Part shown: positions 26,391-35,197 of the stretch, piece after piece
Layout: every line of letters begins with the position of its first letter
Position numbering within the stretch: position 1 is the stretch's first letter
Notes under the pieces: generated by a model
Seen by the model: the letters and a program-made list of their open reading frames with translations, nothing else
The model's database searches: none
What the model was told of the DNA's origin: nothing
Origin: Myxococcales bacterium
GTDB taxonomy: Bacteria > Myxococcota_A > UBA9042
DNA: 64,000 nucleotides
NCBI GenBank assembly: GCA_037441385.1
Contig: JBBISH010000003.1
Coordinates: 1 to 64,000, forward strand
Direction of reading: 5' to 3'
Position numbers and translations under genes: made by a program

Positions 26391-27524
26391 ATGGCGACCG
26401 TGATGCGCCTGCAACTTCAGCCAACCGCAACACGCCTGGGCCAACTACTTGCGTGCGGTCTTTTGGCCCTGGTCGCTGGACTTGCTTGGACACCGCGGTC
26501 AGCCGCAGCGGCGGCCGCCAGCGAAGGGTTGTCCCCATTCCCAGATCAGGGGGCCCCCAAGGTGGCAGCGTGTGCAGCGCTGCCAAACGACCCCGCACCC
26601 GAGGAACTGCTCAACGTGAGCAAGGGCTGCTTCGGGACTCACTATGTCGTGTCGAACGAGCGGAACATCGATCTCTTGGCCGTACACGCTGCCGGACTTG
26701 GGGGCGCGTACGTCGGCGTGGGGACCGACCAGAACCTATTCTTGATTGCGTCGATTCGCCCGTCCCTGGCCCTTCTTACCGACTACGATACCTGGGCGGT
26801 TGCCGTGAACAAGGCGCACGTCGCCTTCCTTGCCAAGGCCGAGACGCCGCGCGATTTCGTCCGTGCGTGGAATTTCGGGCGGGACGGCACCAGCGTAGAG
26901 ACCTTGCGGCAAGCAGGCCTGAACGGCACGGATGTGGCGATCGTCCGCAGAGTGGCCCCGCTGGTGCGGAGCCGACTGATCCGCGCGGCGGCGCGAGCCA
27001 AGAAAACACCGGCAATGAACTTCCTTGCCAACTTGGACGCGTTTCAATTCCTCAAGAGCCTGGCCACCCAAGGGCGCATCGTGCCCGTCCGCGCCAATTG
27101 GATCCTGCGCCACGGCGCCGTCGAGGCCGCGGCCAAGTGCGCCAAGGATCAAGGCTTGACCGTGCGCGCGCTATACTTGTCAAATGCCGAAGACTACTGG
27201 AAAACCTACCCACCCGAGCTTCGTGACAACGTTGGACTCCTGCCAGCGGACGCGCAGAGTGTCGTACTGCGAACACAGGCCACCGGCAAAGCTTCTCCCG
27301 ACTTGCGCTACAACGTGCAGCATCTACGGGTCTTTGCCGAGTGGTTGCGAGCGCCAAGCGTGGTCAACAATCGCTGCGTGGTGCACCGTCCGCCGTATGC
27401 AGACCCGCGCGAGGTGCAGCTTACCTGGACGAACGACGGCCCGCCGCCAGCCCACTGTCGCGGCGACGCTCGCGGCGCGGTGCTTGCCCGCCGTCTGGAA
27501 AAAACGCTGGAGAAACCACGCTAG
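26391..27524 (+). CDS. Secreted hypothetical protein (resembles Leptospira LIC10091-type, possibly methyltransferase-like fold)
   Basis: Signal peptide; VSNE...GGAYVGVGTDQN..., YLSNAEDY. Family call from memory; start uncertain. Confidence 0.65.
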   Translation: MATVMRLQLQPTATRLGQLLACGLLALVAGLAWTPRSAAAAAASEGLSPFPDQGAPKVAACAALPNDPAPEELLNVSKGCFGTHYVVSNERNIDLLAVHAAGLGGAYVGVGTDQNLFLIASIRPSLALLTDYDTWAVAVNKAHVAFLAKAETPRDFVRAWNFGRDGTSVETLRQAGLNGTDVAIVRRVAPLVRSRLIRAAARAKKTPAMNFLANLDAFQFLKSLATQGRIVPVRANWILRHGAVEAAAKCAKDQGLTVRALYLSNAEDYWKTYPPELRDNVGLLPADAQSVVLRTQATGKASPDLRYNVQHLRVFAEWLRAPSVVNNRCVVHRPPYADPREVQLTWTNDGPPPAHCRGDARGAVLARRLEKTLEKPR

Positions 27525-27610
27525 AGCACCGATCAGAAACCCGGTCCTGGGGGCAAACGTCGCGGCGGGTCGCGCCAGTGCAGGGCTCTGGCGGGCTCGC
27601 TTGCGACCCA

Positions 27611-27658
27611 CTGAGCAGCACACGGAGCAGCACACTGAGCAGCACACGGAGCAGCAAC
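27611..27658 (+). repeat. 12-bp tandem repeat x4 inside MITE A
   Basis: CTGAGCAGCACA CGGAGCAGCACA CTGAGCAGCACA CGGAGCAGCAAC; single unit in the other A copy. Confidence 0.9.
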
Positions 27659-27709
27659 GAGTTTTCGTGAGCGAGCGGTCTCGTTGCTCTGAACCTCGGA
27701 GATTTGTGA

Positions 27710-27841
27710 TTTCAGTTCCGTCCGAATCGGATCGAAAACTCGGGCAATTCTCAGGGCCCGAACCGGGGTCCCCGCCTGATTCTCGCCAGTTGCACAACGG
27801 ATCAGAAAAGCCGTACAGGCGCGAATCAGGTGGGGTGCGTA
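27710..27841 (+). mobile_element. MITE-like element family B, copy 4 (132 bp), nested in MITE A
   Basis: TGA|TTTCAGTTCCGTCC...GGGGTGCGTA|TGA; highly similar to 25816-25947. Confidence 0.88.
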
Positions 27842-27979
27842 TGATTGTCGTTCTAGCCCAGATTGGCCAAGATGGTCAGGCCTGTCCAGGCGCTAGTGTT
27901 GACCGAACACCCGCGCGGCCCCGCGGGCTGGGGACCACCGTCGCGGCCACAGGGTGTTGGGCAAAGCGCTCGGCGCGGG

Positions 27980-28474
27980 CTACCGCTGTCCGGCGCGGAC
28001 TGCTTGAACGCGAGCACCCTTGGCCAGCTTGAAAGTGCTGCGGACCTTCCACTTGGCCTTCTCTTGCAGGTTCGGCGCCGTCATCCAGACGATGGTGTCC
28101 CCTTTTTGCACGAACTGGTAGCCCTCGCCGTATTCCGTGGGCGTGCCTGTCTCGAACAAGAGGTTGTTCTTGTTGACCGGCTCAACGGGTCCCCAGACTC
28201 CTTCCGCCGGCATCCCGTCGTCGAGCACGAAAGTCTTTTCGCCGTCGCCGGTCACGACCATGACGAGTGTCCCATCGGTTTCCGACTTGCCGGATTGCCG
28301 CCACTCCAGTGATACCTTCAGGTTCGCACCGAGAGCTGCCACCGCGACGACTTTGGGCATTTTGGGAGACGCAACCGCCTCCGAGGCGCCATGGACCACA
28401 GCCACCAGCGCGAGCACCAACGGCATGGCCCTTTGCAGCCACTTGTTGCACGATCCAACTTCCTGACCCTTCAT
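27980..28474 (-). CDS. Small secreted hypothetical protein
   Basis: Strong AAAGGAG RBS; signal peptide; beta-rich mature part. Confidence 0.7.
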   Translation of the reverse strand: MKGQEVGSCNKWLQRAMPLVLALVAVVHGASEAVASPKMPKVVAVAALGANLKVSLEWRQSGKSETDGTLVMVVTGDGEKTFVLDDGMPAEGVWGPVEPVNKNNLLFETGTPTEYGEGYQFVQKGDTIVWMTAPNLQEKAKWKVRSTFKLAKGARVQAVRAGQR

Positions 28475-28745
28475 GGCGTCTCCTTTGCGTCCAAATCGAA
28501 CGCAACTCGGATCACGAGCGGAGTTCGAGCTCGTGGCCGGTAGCATGAACGCGACCCAGCCTGCGGACAGTGGGTGGCCTTGTCAAGTCCTCGTGCGGGC
28601 GCCGATACACACCGCTGGGGACACAGGTGGGGCCGAGGGCACCCCAAGAAGGGAGCCGCGCCGGCGCAGCCAAGCGATCGGACCGAGAGTGGTGCGCCGT
28701 ACTCACCGCAGTTGCGCTGGAACAGCGCCCAGACAAAGGGCCGAT

Positions 28746-29945
28746 TCACTTCACGTGCTCGGGGTCCGGCAAGCGCTTGAGCACGAATCGCAGCCCCAAC
28801 ACCAAGTCCTCGGCCAACTCGCTGGTGTGATTGCCGCTGTGTAGGCGCGTTCGGAGGTTGGCTGGGTTGCCGTGCGCACGGCGCCAAGCGTCGCGCAAGT
28901 CCGCCAGATGCTCGAAAGGCGTCAGTCCGTCGCGGCTGCCAAGGCCGACAAAGACTCGCCCGAGCGCACGAACTTGCTTGGGAGGCATGGCAGCTAGCCG
29001 TTTGGGTAGGTCAAAGGCTTGGGCCTGTGCCAGCACGGTCGGGTCGAGCTCGAGCTGCTGACCTTCTTCGCGAAATGGCTGCGGAACTCCACCTGTCCGC
29101 GCCGGGTCGGGCGTCCAGGCGGCCAACAGCGCCCACAGCAACTTCTCTGAAAACGTCAATGATCCCCAGTTGTTCAAGGCGTTTTCGATGGTTCGGGGCC
29201 CGTGCTTGGCCACCACCCGCCGCACCACGGGCATCAAGCGATCGGTCAAAATTGCCGCGCGGAGCAGTGGGCTGAGCGCCACAGTACCGCCGAAGGTGCC
29301 AGGCGACCTCAACGACACGTGTAGCGCGCCGTAGCCGCCCATCGAGTGACCGGCAAGCACGGCCCGGCGCAGCCCCGTAGCTTTTTGCAGCGTTGGCAGC
29401 AGGTCTTCCGTCAAGAAGCGGGTCCACTGCCCGGTGGTCGGCGAATCCACGTAGCAGGCGCCGCCCAATCGCGTACGCCCATCCACAACCACCACCAGCA
29501 TCGATGGCAGCTGCCCGCTGTCCACAGCCTGATCCACGCGCCGCATCACCGGATTGCTGTCTGGACCGTAGGCATGGGGCGCCGAGCCAAACCCAGGCAA
29601 ATACACGACGATTGGGCACGCCTTGGGCGAATCAAGGCACGCCGTCGCCTCGCGCGGAAGGGCGATGCCCAGGCGTACTTCGCCGTTGCGTCCCTCGGCG
29701 TTGGCGGCGAGGTAGGGCGACGTGTATGGCAGCAGGAACCACCGCTCGCCCCGCCCGGCCGCCGCCCGCAGCGCCGCCGACATGGCCTCAGCGTTCTGCG
29801 GCTGGGACTGCGCCGCAACGGGCGCTGCGGACAGGCCAAGTGCCAGGGCGACAGCCAGCACCACCAGGGGGGCTGAAGCCCAACGCGGCCGAATCCAACC
29901 GGGAGCAACCTCCAGTTCTGCCACTACTTCTGCTGCTTCAGCCAT
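28746..29945 (-). CDS. Secreted alpha/beta-hydrolase (putative esterase)
   Basis: VVYLPGF, YVDSPTTG.W, GHSMGGYGA nucleophile elbow, C-terminal GNH. Confidence 0.88.
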   Translation of the reverse strand: MAEAAEVVAELEVAPGWIRPRWASAPLVVLAVALALGLSAAPVAAQSQPQNAEAMSAALRAAAGRGERWFLLPYTSPYLAANAEGRNGEVRLGIALPREATACLDSPKACPIVVYLPGFGSAPHAYGPDSNPVMRRVDQAVDSGQLPSMLVVVVDGRTRLGGACYVDSPTTGQWTRFLTEDLLPTLQKATGLRRAVLAGHSMGGYGALHVSLRSPGTFGGTVALSPLLRAAILTDRLMPVVRRVVAKHGPRTIENALNNWGSLTFSEKLLWALLAAWTPDPARTGGVPQPFREEGQQLELDPTVLAQAQAFDLPKRLAAMPPKQVRALGRVFVGLGSRDGLTPFEHLADLRDAWRRAHGNPANLRTRLHSGNHTSELAEDLVLGLRFVLKRLPDPEHVK

Positions 29946-31027
29946 TCCACGACCCCTTTGGCGACTCGCGCGCCGCCGGGCTGTGTTAGGTGGATGCCGT
30001 CGCCCGACCGCACTTTGACTTCGCGGCCCTTGTCATCAGGCAAGTAGGTGGCGAACTTGCCGTCGCTGGTGGTGAGGAACGTGCTGGCGTCCAAGTAGGA
30101 GGTTCCGCCGACTTTCGCCAGGCCGGCCTGGGCCAATGTGTTGAGCCGCTTGAGGTTGCTCCAAAACGGCTCCGAGCGGACCTTGGGGATGCCCACCCAC
30201 AGCAGCTTGGCGCCGCTTGCGGTGGCTGACTTGGCAAACGACTCCACACGCCCCTGATACGCGGTGTCCCACGCCGGGCTCCCCATATGCAGGACATCGC
30301 CTGCCTCGCGGAATCCCTGCGCGTCGTTGCCGCCCATGGCCACCACGACGTAGTCGGGTTTGTGCTTGACAATCAGCTTCTTGATGTTGCCTTGCCAGTC
30401 AAAATAGTCCGGGCGGCTCAGGCCGGTGGCACAGCGTGAGGCCCGCACAACTTGGAATGCCTCATTTCCCTTCAGCTCAGCCAGGATGCCCGGCGCCAAG
30501 CCAACCGACATCAGCGAGTCACCGACCAACAAGACGGACTTCGCACCGGCAGTGGCAGGCCCCGCCGCAACTTCTGTCTCGGCTTCCAATGGCTCCTGTG
30601 CCAGCGGTGGTGTTGCCCCAGGTTCCGGCTCGTTGGCGCGGGGTTGCGCCACCTCGGCAGGTTGCCCCGCAGCGGCAGGCGGCGGCACATCGCGGGCAAC
30701 TTCGTGCGCGGCCTGGGCCAAGAGCGATGGGTCGTGGCCATGGGTAGCCGCCAGCGCCGCAACCCAAGCTGCCGTGGCCTTGGCCAGGGGTCCGTGGGCC
30801 CCGGACAGTCCGGTGGGCGCAACCCAGGTGGCCCACCGTTGCAGGGCTTCCTCGCTGGCGTTGCGCCACGAGTCTTGCTGGCCGGCGCGCGCCCAGTTGA
30901 GCAGCGGTTCGGCGCCCAGCACCGCCGCCACCAGGTAGAACACAAAGAGCGCGGCAAGCCAGCGCCTGGCCAAGAACGGGATGGGAGGCAGCGAGGTCGC
31001 TTCGCCGGTTGCGACGGTGGATTGCAT
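29924..31027 (-). CDS. DUF459/SGNH-family protein (putative O-acetyltransferase partner)
   Basis: VGDSL, TGLSRPDYFDW, GGNDAQ, DGIH. Confidence 0.88.
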   Translation of the reverse strand: MQSTVATGEATSLPPIPFLARRWLAALFVFYLVAAVLGAEPLLNWARAGQQDSWRNASEEALQRWATWVAPTGLSGAHGPLAKATAAWVAALAATHGHDPSLLAQAAHEVARDVPPPAAAGQPAEVAQPRANEPEPGATPPLAQEPLEAETEVAAGPATAGAKSVLLVGDSLMSVGLAPGILAELKGNEAFQVVRASRCATGLSRPDYFDWQGNIKKLIVKHKPDYVVVAMGGNDAQGFREAGDVLHMGSPAWDTAYQGRVESFAKSATASGAKLLWVGIPKVRSEPFWSNLKRLNTLAQAGLAKVGGTSYLDASTFLTTSDGKFATYLPDDKGREVKVRSGDGIHLTQPGGARVAKGVVEWLKQQK

Positions 31028-31036
31028 GGCATCGTC

Positions 31037-32452
31037 CTAGAATTGAAAGTAGATAAACGGCGGAACGCCAATCGGCCCCAGCGCGTCGATGGCCACCACG
31101 GCCGCGCCCGCCACCGCCGCCTGGGCGGTCGGGTGGATTCGCTGAAGCCAAGCAGTCGACCGCGTCCACACGGGTACCGGCAACGTCTGCAGTAGCACGC
31201 CCGCAGCGACCAGCACAAGGGCACTGGGCGCCACCGTCCCGCCGGCCTGCAACAGCCGCGATGCGATTCGGCCTACGTCTTCTGTGCTTTGGGCCCGGAA
31301 TAGCACCCAACCCGCGCACACGGTGTGGAAGGTAAGCAGCCACGCGAAAGGTCGCCAGCCGCGGCTCTGGCGCAGCCGCTGAATCCACCGCCACTCCGAT
31401 TCGGCCCACACCCGACTCACCACCAGGGCCAAGCCGTGGAGCGCTCCCCAAGCGACGAACGTCCAGGAAGCGCCGTGCCACAGTCCACCCAAAAGCATGG
31501 TAATCATTAGGTTGCGTCGCGTCGCCCAGCGCCCGCCACGCGAGCCGCCCAGGGGAACATACAGATAGTCGCGCAAGAAAGAGGACAGCGAAATGTGCCA
31601 GCGCCGCCAGAACTCCTGGATATTCATAGATACATACGGGGAGTCAAAGTTGTCGCGAAAGCGGTACCCGAGCAGGCGGGCGCAGCCAATGGCTATGTCG
31701 GTGTATCCGGAGAAATCGCAGTAGATCTGCCCGGCATAGGCGTAGATCCCCAGCAGCACCTGCAACCCACCAAAATCATCGGGCGACTCAAACACGGGAT
31801 CGGCAAGCAGCAGCCCCAGATGGCTTGCCAGCACCACCTTCTTGAACAGGCCGCGGATCACCAAGGCGATTCCGGCGCCACGCTCCAGCAACGCTGGGTC
31901 GGGACCGCGCCCCAGCTGCGGCAAGAAATCCGAGGCCCGCACGACTGGGCCCGCCACAAGCTGCGGGAAAAACGCCACATACAGCAAACCGTCGCCCACC
32001 GTCAGCGGCTGTTTGACGTTGCCGCGATACACGTCCACAAGTAGCGAGATGGCGTGGAACACAAAGAACGATACGCCCACCGGTAGTTCGATCTCGGCGA
32101 TGGCCAGTTGCGGACGCCAACCAAGATGAGCAGCCAGTTCGAGCAGGTTGGCCGCAAAGAACGCCAAATACTTGTAGACGACCAGGGTCGCCAGGGCCAA
32201 GACAACGCCGAAGCCAAGCCACCGACGGGCCAGGACCGGAGTCGGCGCCCGCTGCACGCGCTGACCGATCAGCGTGGCACCCAGCGACACACCTATCAGA
32301 AGGACCAAGTGACGCGGCGAGCCCAACGCATAGAACAGCCAACTGAGGGCGAGCAGAACCTGCTTGTGCCAACTCAGCTTGGTGCGAAGACCCCAGGCCA
32401 GCACAAAGGCAGCGCCAAAGAACAAGGCGTAGCCGACCGTTGGAAACAGCAC
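31037..32452 (-). CDS. MBOAT membrane-bound O-acyltransferase (AlgI/PatA/DltB-like)
   Basis: LPVGVSFFVF, FFPQLVAGP, YCDFSGYTD, EFWRRWHISLS, GGLWHGA. Confidence 0.95.
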   Translation of the reverse strand: MLFPTVGYALFFGAAFVLAWGLRTKLSWHKQVLLALSWLFYALGSPRHLVLLIGVSLGATLIGQRVQRAPTPVLARRWLGFGVVLALATLVVYKYLAFFAANLLELAAHLGWRPQLAIAEIELPVGVSFFVFHAISLLVDVYRGNVKQPLTVGDGLLYVAFFPQLVAGPVVRASDFLPQLGRGPDPALLERGAGIALVIRGLFKKVVLASHLGLLLADPVFESPDDFGGLQVLLGIYAYAGQIYCDFSGYTDIAIGCARLLGYRFRDNFDSPYVSMNIQEFWRRWHISLSSFLRDYLYVPLGGSRGGRWATRRNLMITMLLGGLWHGASWTFVAWGALHGLALVVSRVWAESEWRWIQRLRQSRGWRPFAWLLTFHTVCAGWVLFRAQSTEDVGRIASRLLQAGGTVAPSALVLVAAGVLLQTLPVPVWTRSTAWLQRIHPTAQAAVAGAAVVAIDALGPIGVPPFIYFQF

Positions 32453-33082
32453 GAATGACTCCGGGGCGGGCTGAGGCCCATGGTGTGAGCGATTGACCTG
32501 CGGGTCCGCTGCCAGACATTACTATGGTTGCTGCAAGCGAGCAACGTGTCGTGCTGCAACGGGAAAGACTGCACCGCCGCGGCGATGATCGCGGGCGCCG
32601 CGCGGACATCGAGGTTCACGGTCAACCGTATGAAATAGATAGATAAACGCAATGACAGCCCGACCAACCGGCAAGCTTCAGACGCCGCGGCGTCGCGGCG
32701 AGCCTCGTTGGACAGACCCATTGCGACCGCCGTCGGATCGAACTCTGCTCTTTTGGCGCGATTCGCGGGGGATGCCAGGCGGCCCGGCCGTTCCGCGCGT
32801 CCTCGCCGGTCGCTGCGGATCTCGGGCGCGGCGACGGCCTACTGTGGCCCGCTGTGCACCAGAAGCCGACCGGCCTCGGCACCGGGTCGCGGCTGCCCCT
32901 GCCGCACGAGCGGTGAGCCGAGTTGGAATACGCGGAGTTGCCCGGACCGTGGCGGCGGCGTACCATCGGCACCACTGGGTAGCGGCAGTTTCCGGTCAAC
33001 GAGTGTGCGAGCGGCGCTGCCTATCCCGTTGGCAATGACTCCATGCTGAACTTTGCGTGACGTGTTCTAGGAGGAGCTCAAG

Positions 33083-34726
33083 ATGAATTTCCCCATCCGA
33101 AGCGCCCAGGCTTGGGCGCTGGTCACTGGCTGTGCGCTGGGCACCGGCCTCGTTGTGGCTGGTTGTCAGAAGGCACCTGGACCCGCCCCGGCGCCGACCA
33201 GCCCAGCGGCACCCACACCGGCCCCAGGGCCGAACGCCGGGCCTGCCGCCGCAGCCGCGCTGCCGACTGCGCCGACTCCCGTCGCCGCCTTGCCGGCCCC
33301 CGCGACGCCAAGCCAGCCAGCAGCACCGGTCGGTTCGGCACAGCCGGCGGCTGCCGCGGGGAACCAGCCACCGATGTCGCGCTACTACTGGCCGCTGTTT
33401 GTGGCAGGAAACTCATGGACATACAAAGTCTCAGAAACTTCGTACGACACAGGCAGCGAGGCCACAAAGAAGAGCGTGGCAACCTGCACCACCGGTCCCA
33501 GCGAAAGCCTGGACGGGGCGCTGGTCGCCGAATTGGTGTGCAAGCCCGAACTGCCTGAAGAATTCGCCCGCCTTGACTTTGCAGGATGGTACGGGGCAAC
33601 AGCGGACGGGCTCGTGTTCCTCGGCAAGACCAAGCCCACCCAGCTCAAGGGCCCCACGGTTGTGGACTATCCGCCGCGCGAGTGGCAGACGACGACAGGC
33701 GGCGGCGACGAGGAGTCGGACTTCGCGGCAACGAGTTCCGCCAAGTTCAGCTTCGAGAACGTGCCAGGCGCCGGTAGGGTGCAGACGTTCTGCCGCGTGG
33801 AGGACACGGGGGGTCCAGACAATGCCACCCACAAAGTGTGCTTCGCTGCTGGGATTGGCCCTACCGAGGTGAGCGCAGAGGGGGGGTGCGCGGCCTGCGG
33901 CGGAACTGCACTGAAGCTCGTCAATGCCACGGTCGCCGCCATGCCTGCCGCGGGGCCTTTGCCCGCAGCGCCCGCGGCATTTGCTGGGAAGCCCCCGGTC
34001 GCATCTGCGTTGGCGGCCGGTCTGGCGGCTGGGCTGAAGTGCCTGGACGCATGGCCGGGCCTTGCGGCCGCCACCCTGACCACGGGCCCCGAGCTACTTG
34101 GCGGCGAGTTGGACCACTTGCCGGCACGCTGGACCGGCGTGCAAGGCGACGTTCGGCCGAAACTGATGACCTACGCAGGCAAAGTGCCCGGCAGCAAGTG
34201 TTCGCTGGTCGTAGAGGCCGAGCGAGGGCGCGTCGTTCGCGTTGGCAACAACTTTACCGGCAAGGCGATTTCTGTAGACCAAATGGCGGGTTTTGGGCCG
34301 CCGGCCGAGCGCCGCACGCTGGCGCAAGGGAGCGGACTCGACGTGTTCCACTACGGCGATGCCGTGCTGGTGGTGTACCGGCCCGCCGCGGCCAAAGCCG
34401 ACAATGAGTGGTGGCTGTACGACGTTCGCGCCTGGGAGGCGATCCGCGACGACGACGCCAAGATTTGGGAGGCATTTGCTTACAACGATGCCGCGGCCGA
34501 GCTGGAAAAGACCAAGGGCGCAGACCCGGTGGCTGTGGCCGACGGCTACCACAAAGCCACAGAGTCGCTGCCGCGCTACGCCAAAGCCTGGCTCCGCGAG
34601 TGCCGGGTGTTGGCCAAGGCCAAGGTGGATTCGCCCAGGGCCCGGCGAGCCTGCGCGGAAGCGTTGAAGTCCAATTTCGGCGACGTGAAGAAGCAGGCGG
34701 CGACCCAGCTGGAGCACCTGCCGTAG
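33083..34726 (+). CDS. Hypothetical lipoprotein; paralog of 16842-18482
   Basis: AGGAGG RBS; lipobox VAGC; shared GN.WTYK, DVRP, GDAVLVVYRP, DNEWWLYD and DPVAVA. Confidence 0.85.
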   Translation: MNFPIRSAQAWALVTGCALGTGLVVAGCQKAPGPAPAPTSPAAPTPAPGPNAGPAAAAALPTAPTPVAALPAPATPSQPAAPVGSAQPAAAAGNQPPMSRYYWPLFVAGNSWTYKVSETSYDTGSEATKKSVATCTTGPSESLDGALVAELVCKPELPEEFARLDFAGWYGATADGLVFLGKTKPTQLKGPTVVDYPPREWQTTTGGGDEESDFAATSSAKFSFENVPGAGRVQTFCRVEDTGGPDNATHKVCFAAGIGPTEVSAEGGCAACGGTALKLVNATVAAMPAAGPLPAAPAAFAGKPPVASALAAGLAAGLKCLDAWPGLAAATLTTGPELLGGELDHLPARWTGVQGDVRPKLMTYAGKVPGSKCSLVVEAERGRVVRVGNNFTGKAISVDQMAGFGPPAERRTLAQGSGLDVFHYGDAVLVVYRPAAAKADNEWWLYDVRAWEAIRDDDAKIWEAFAYNDAAAELEKTKGADPVAVADGYHKATESLPRYAKAWLRECRVLAKAKVDSPRARRACAEALKSNFGDVKKQAATQLEHLP

Positions 34727-34728
34727 AT

Positions 34729-34892
34729 CTAGAACACCAATCACAAATCTCCGAGGTCCAGAGCAACGCGACCACTCGCTGACGAAAACTCGTTGATGCT
34801 CAGTGGGTCGCAAGCGGGCCCAAAGAATCAGGCACAGCCGCGACCCGCCGCGACGTTTGCCCGCAGGTCCGGGTTTCTGATCGGTGCTCTAG
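34729..34892 (-). mobile_element. MITE-like element family A, copy 2 (intact, 164 bp including both CTAG)
   Basis: Termini CTAGAACACCAATCA and TGATCGGTGCTCTAG (13/15 inverted match); 2 bp after the stop of the 33083 gene. Confidence 0.85.
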
Positions 34893-35029
34893 GCGACCAC
34901 CCCGCACCGCGGGTCCGGCAAGCCAAACCGGCAACTGGGTGAACGCAACCATGTTGGCCGATGACATGCGGTTGAAAAGGGCGCGCGCGTCGCACCCAAT
35001 GCGGTGACCTCCTGCCCAAGATCAGTCAA

Positions 35030-35108
35030 GGCGCAAGGAGCGGCGCGACTGAGGCGACCTAGCGGTCGCCGCAGGGAGAGTAGCGACGCAGCAACGCCGA
35101 GTTGCGCC
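35030..35108. repeat. Nested inverted-repeat (REP/MITE-like or structured RNA) element
   Basis: GGCGCAA (35030)/TTGCGCC (35102) enclosing GGCGACC-TAGC-GGTCGCC (35053-35070). Confidence 0.4.
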
Positions 35109-35139
35109 CAAAGCGGCGGATCGGGGGGCCGCGGTTTCG

Positions 35140-35168
35140 TTGCAGACCCCGGCAGGCCCTGCTAGCAT
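35140..35168 (+). promoter_or_regulatory. Sigma70-type promoter with extended -10
   Basis: TTGCAG, 17-bp spacer, TAGCAT preceded by TGC; upstream of the PEGA gene. Confidence 0.55.
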
Positions 35169-35197
35169 CCCGTGGGGTTTTTTCCCGGGAGGTCGCC

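Larger units (their letters stand above)
27521..27856 (+). mobile_element. MITE-like element family A, copy 1, carrying a nested family-B element and a 12-bp expansion
   Basis: CTAGAGCACCGATCA...TGATTGTCGTTCTAG; homologous to the reverse complement of 34729-34892. Confidence 0.85.

Noticed and set aside
27611..27658. 12-bp tandem repeat as a mini-CRISPR
   Set aside because: No spacers; a simple expansion of a unit present once in the sister element
25816..27841. Family-B repeats as a CRISPR array or integron attC sites
   Set aside because: 132 bp long, irregularly spaced, both orientations, with 3-bp flank duplications; no cas or intI gene and no RYYYAAC/GTTRRRY boundaries
33051..33070. GTGACGTGTTCTAG as another family-A end
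   Set aside because: Only a short match, with no internal homology or partner terminus
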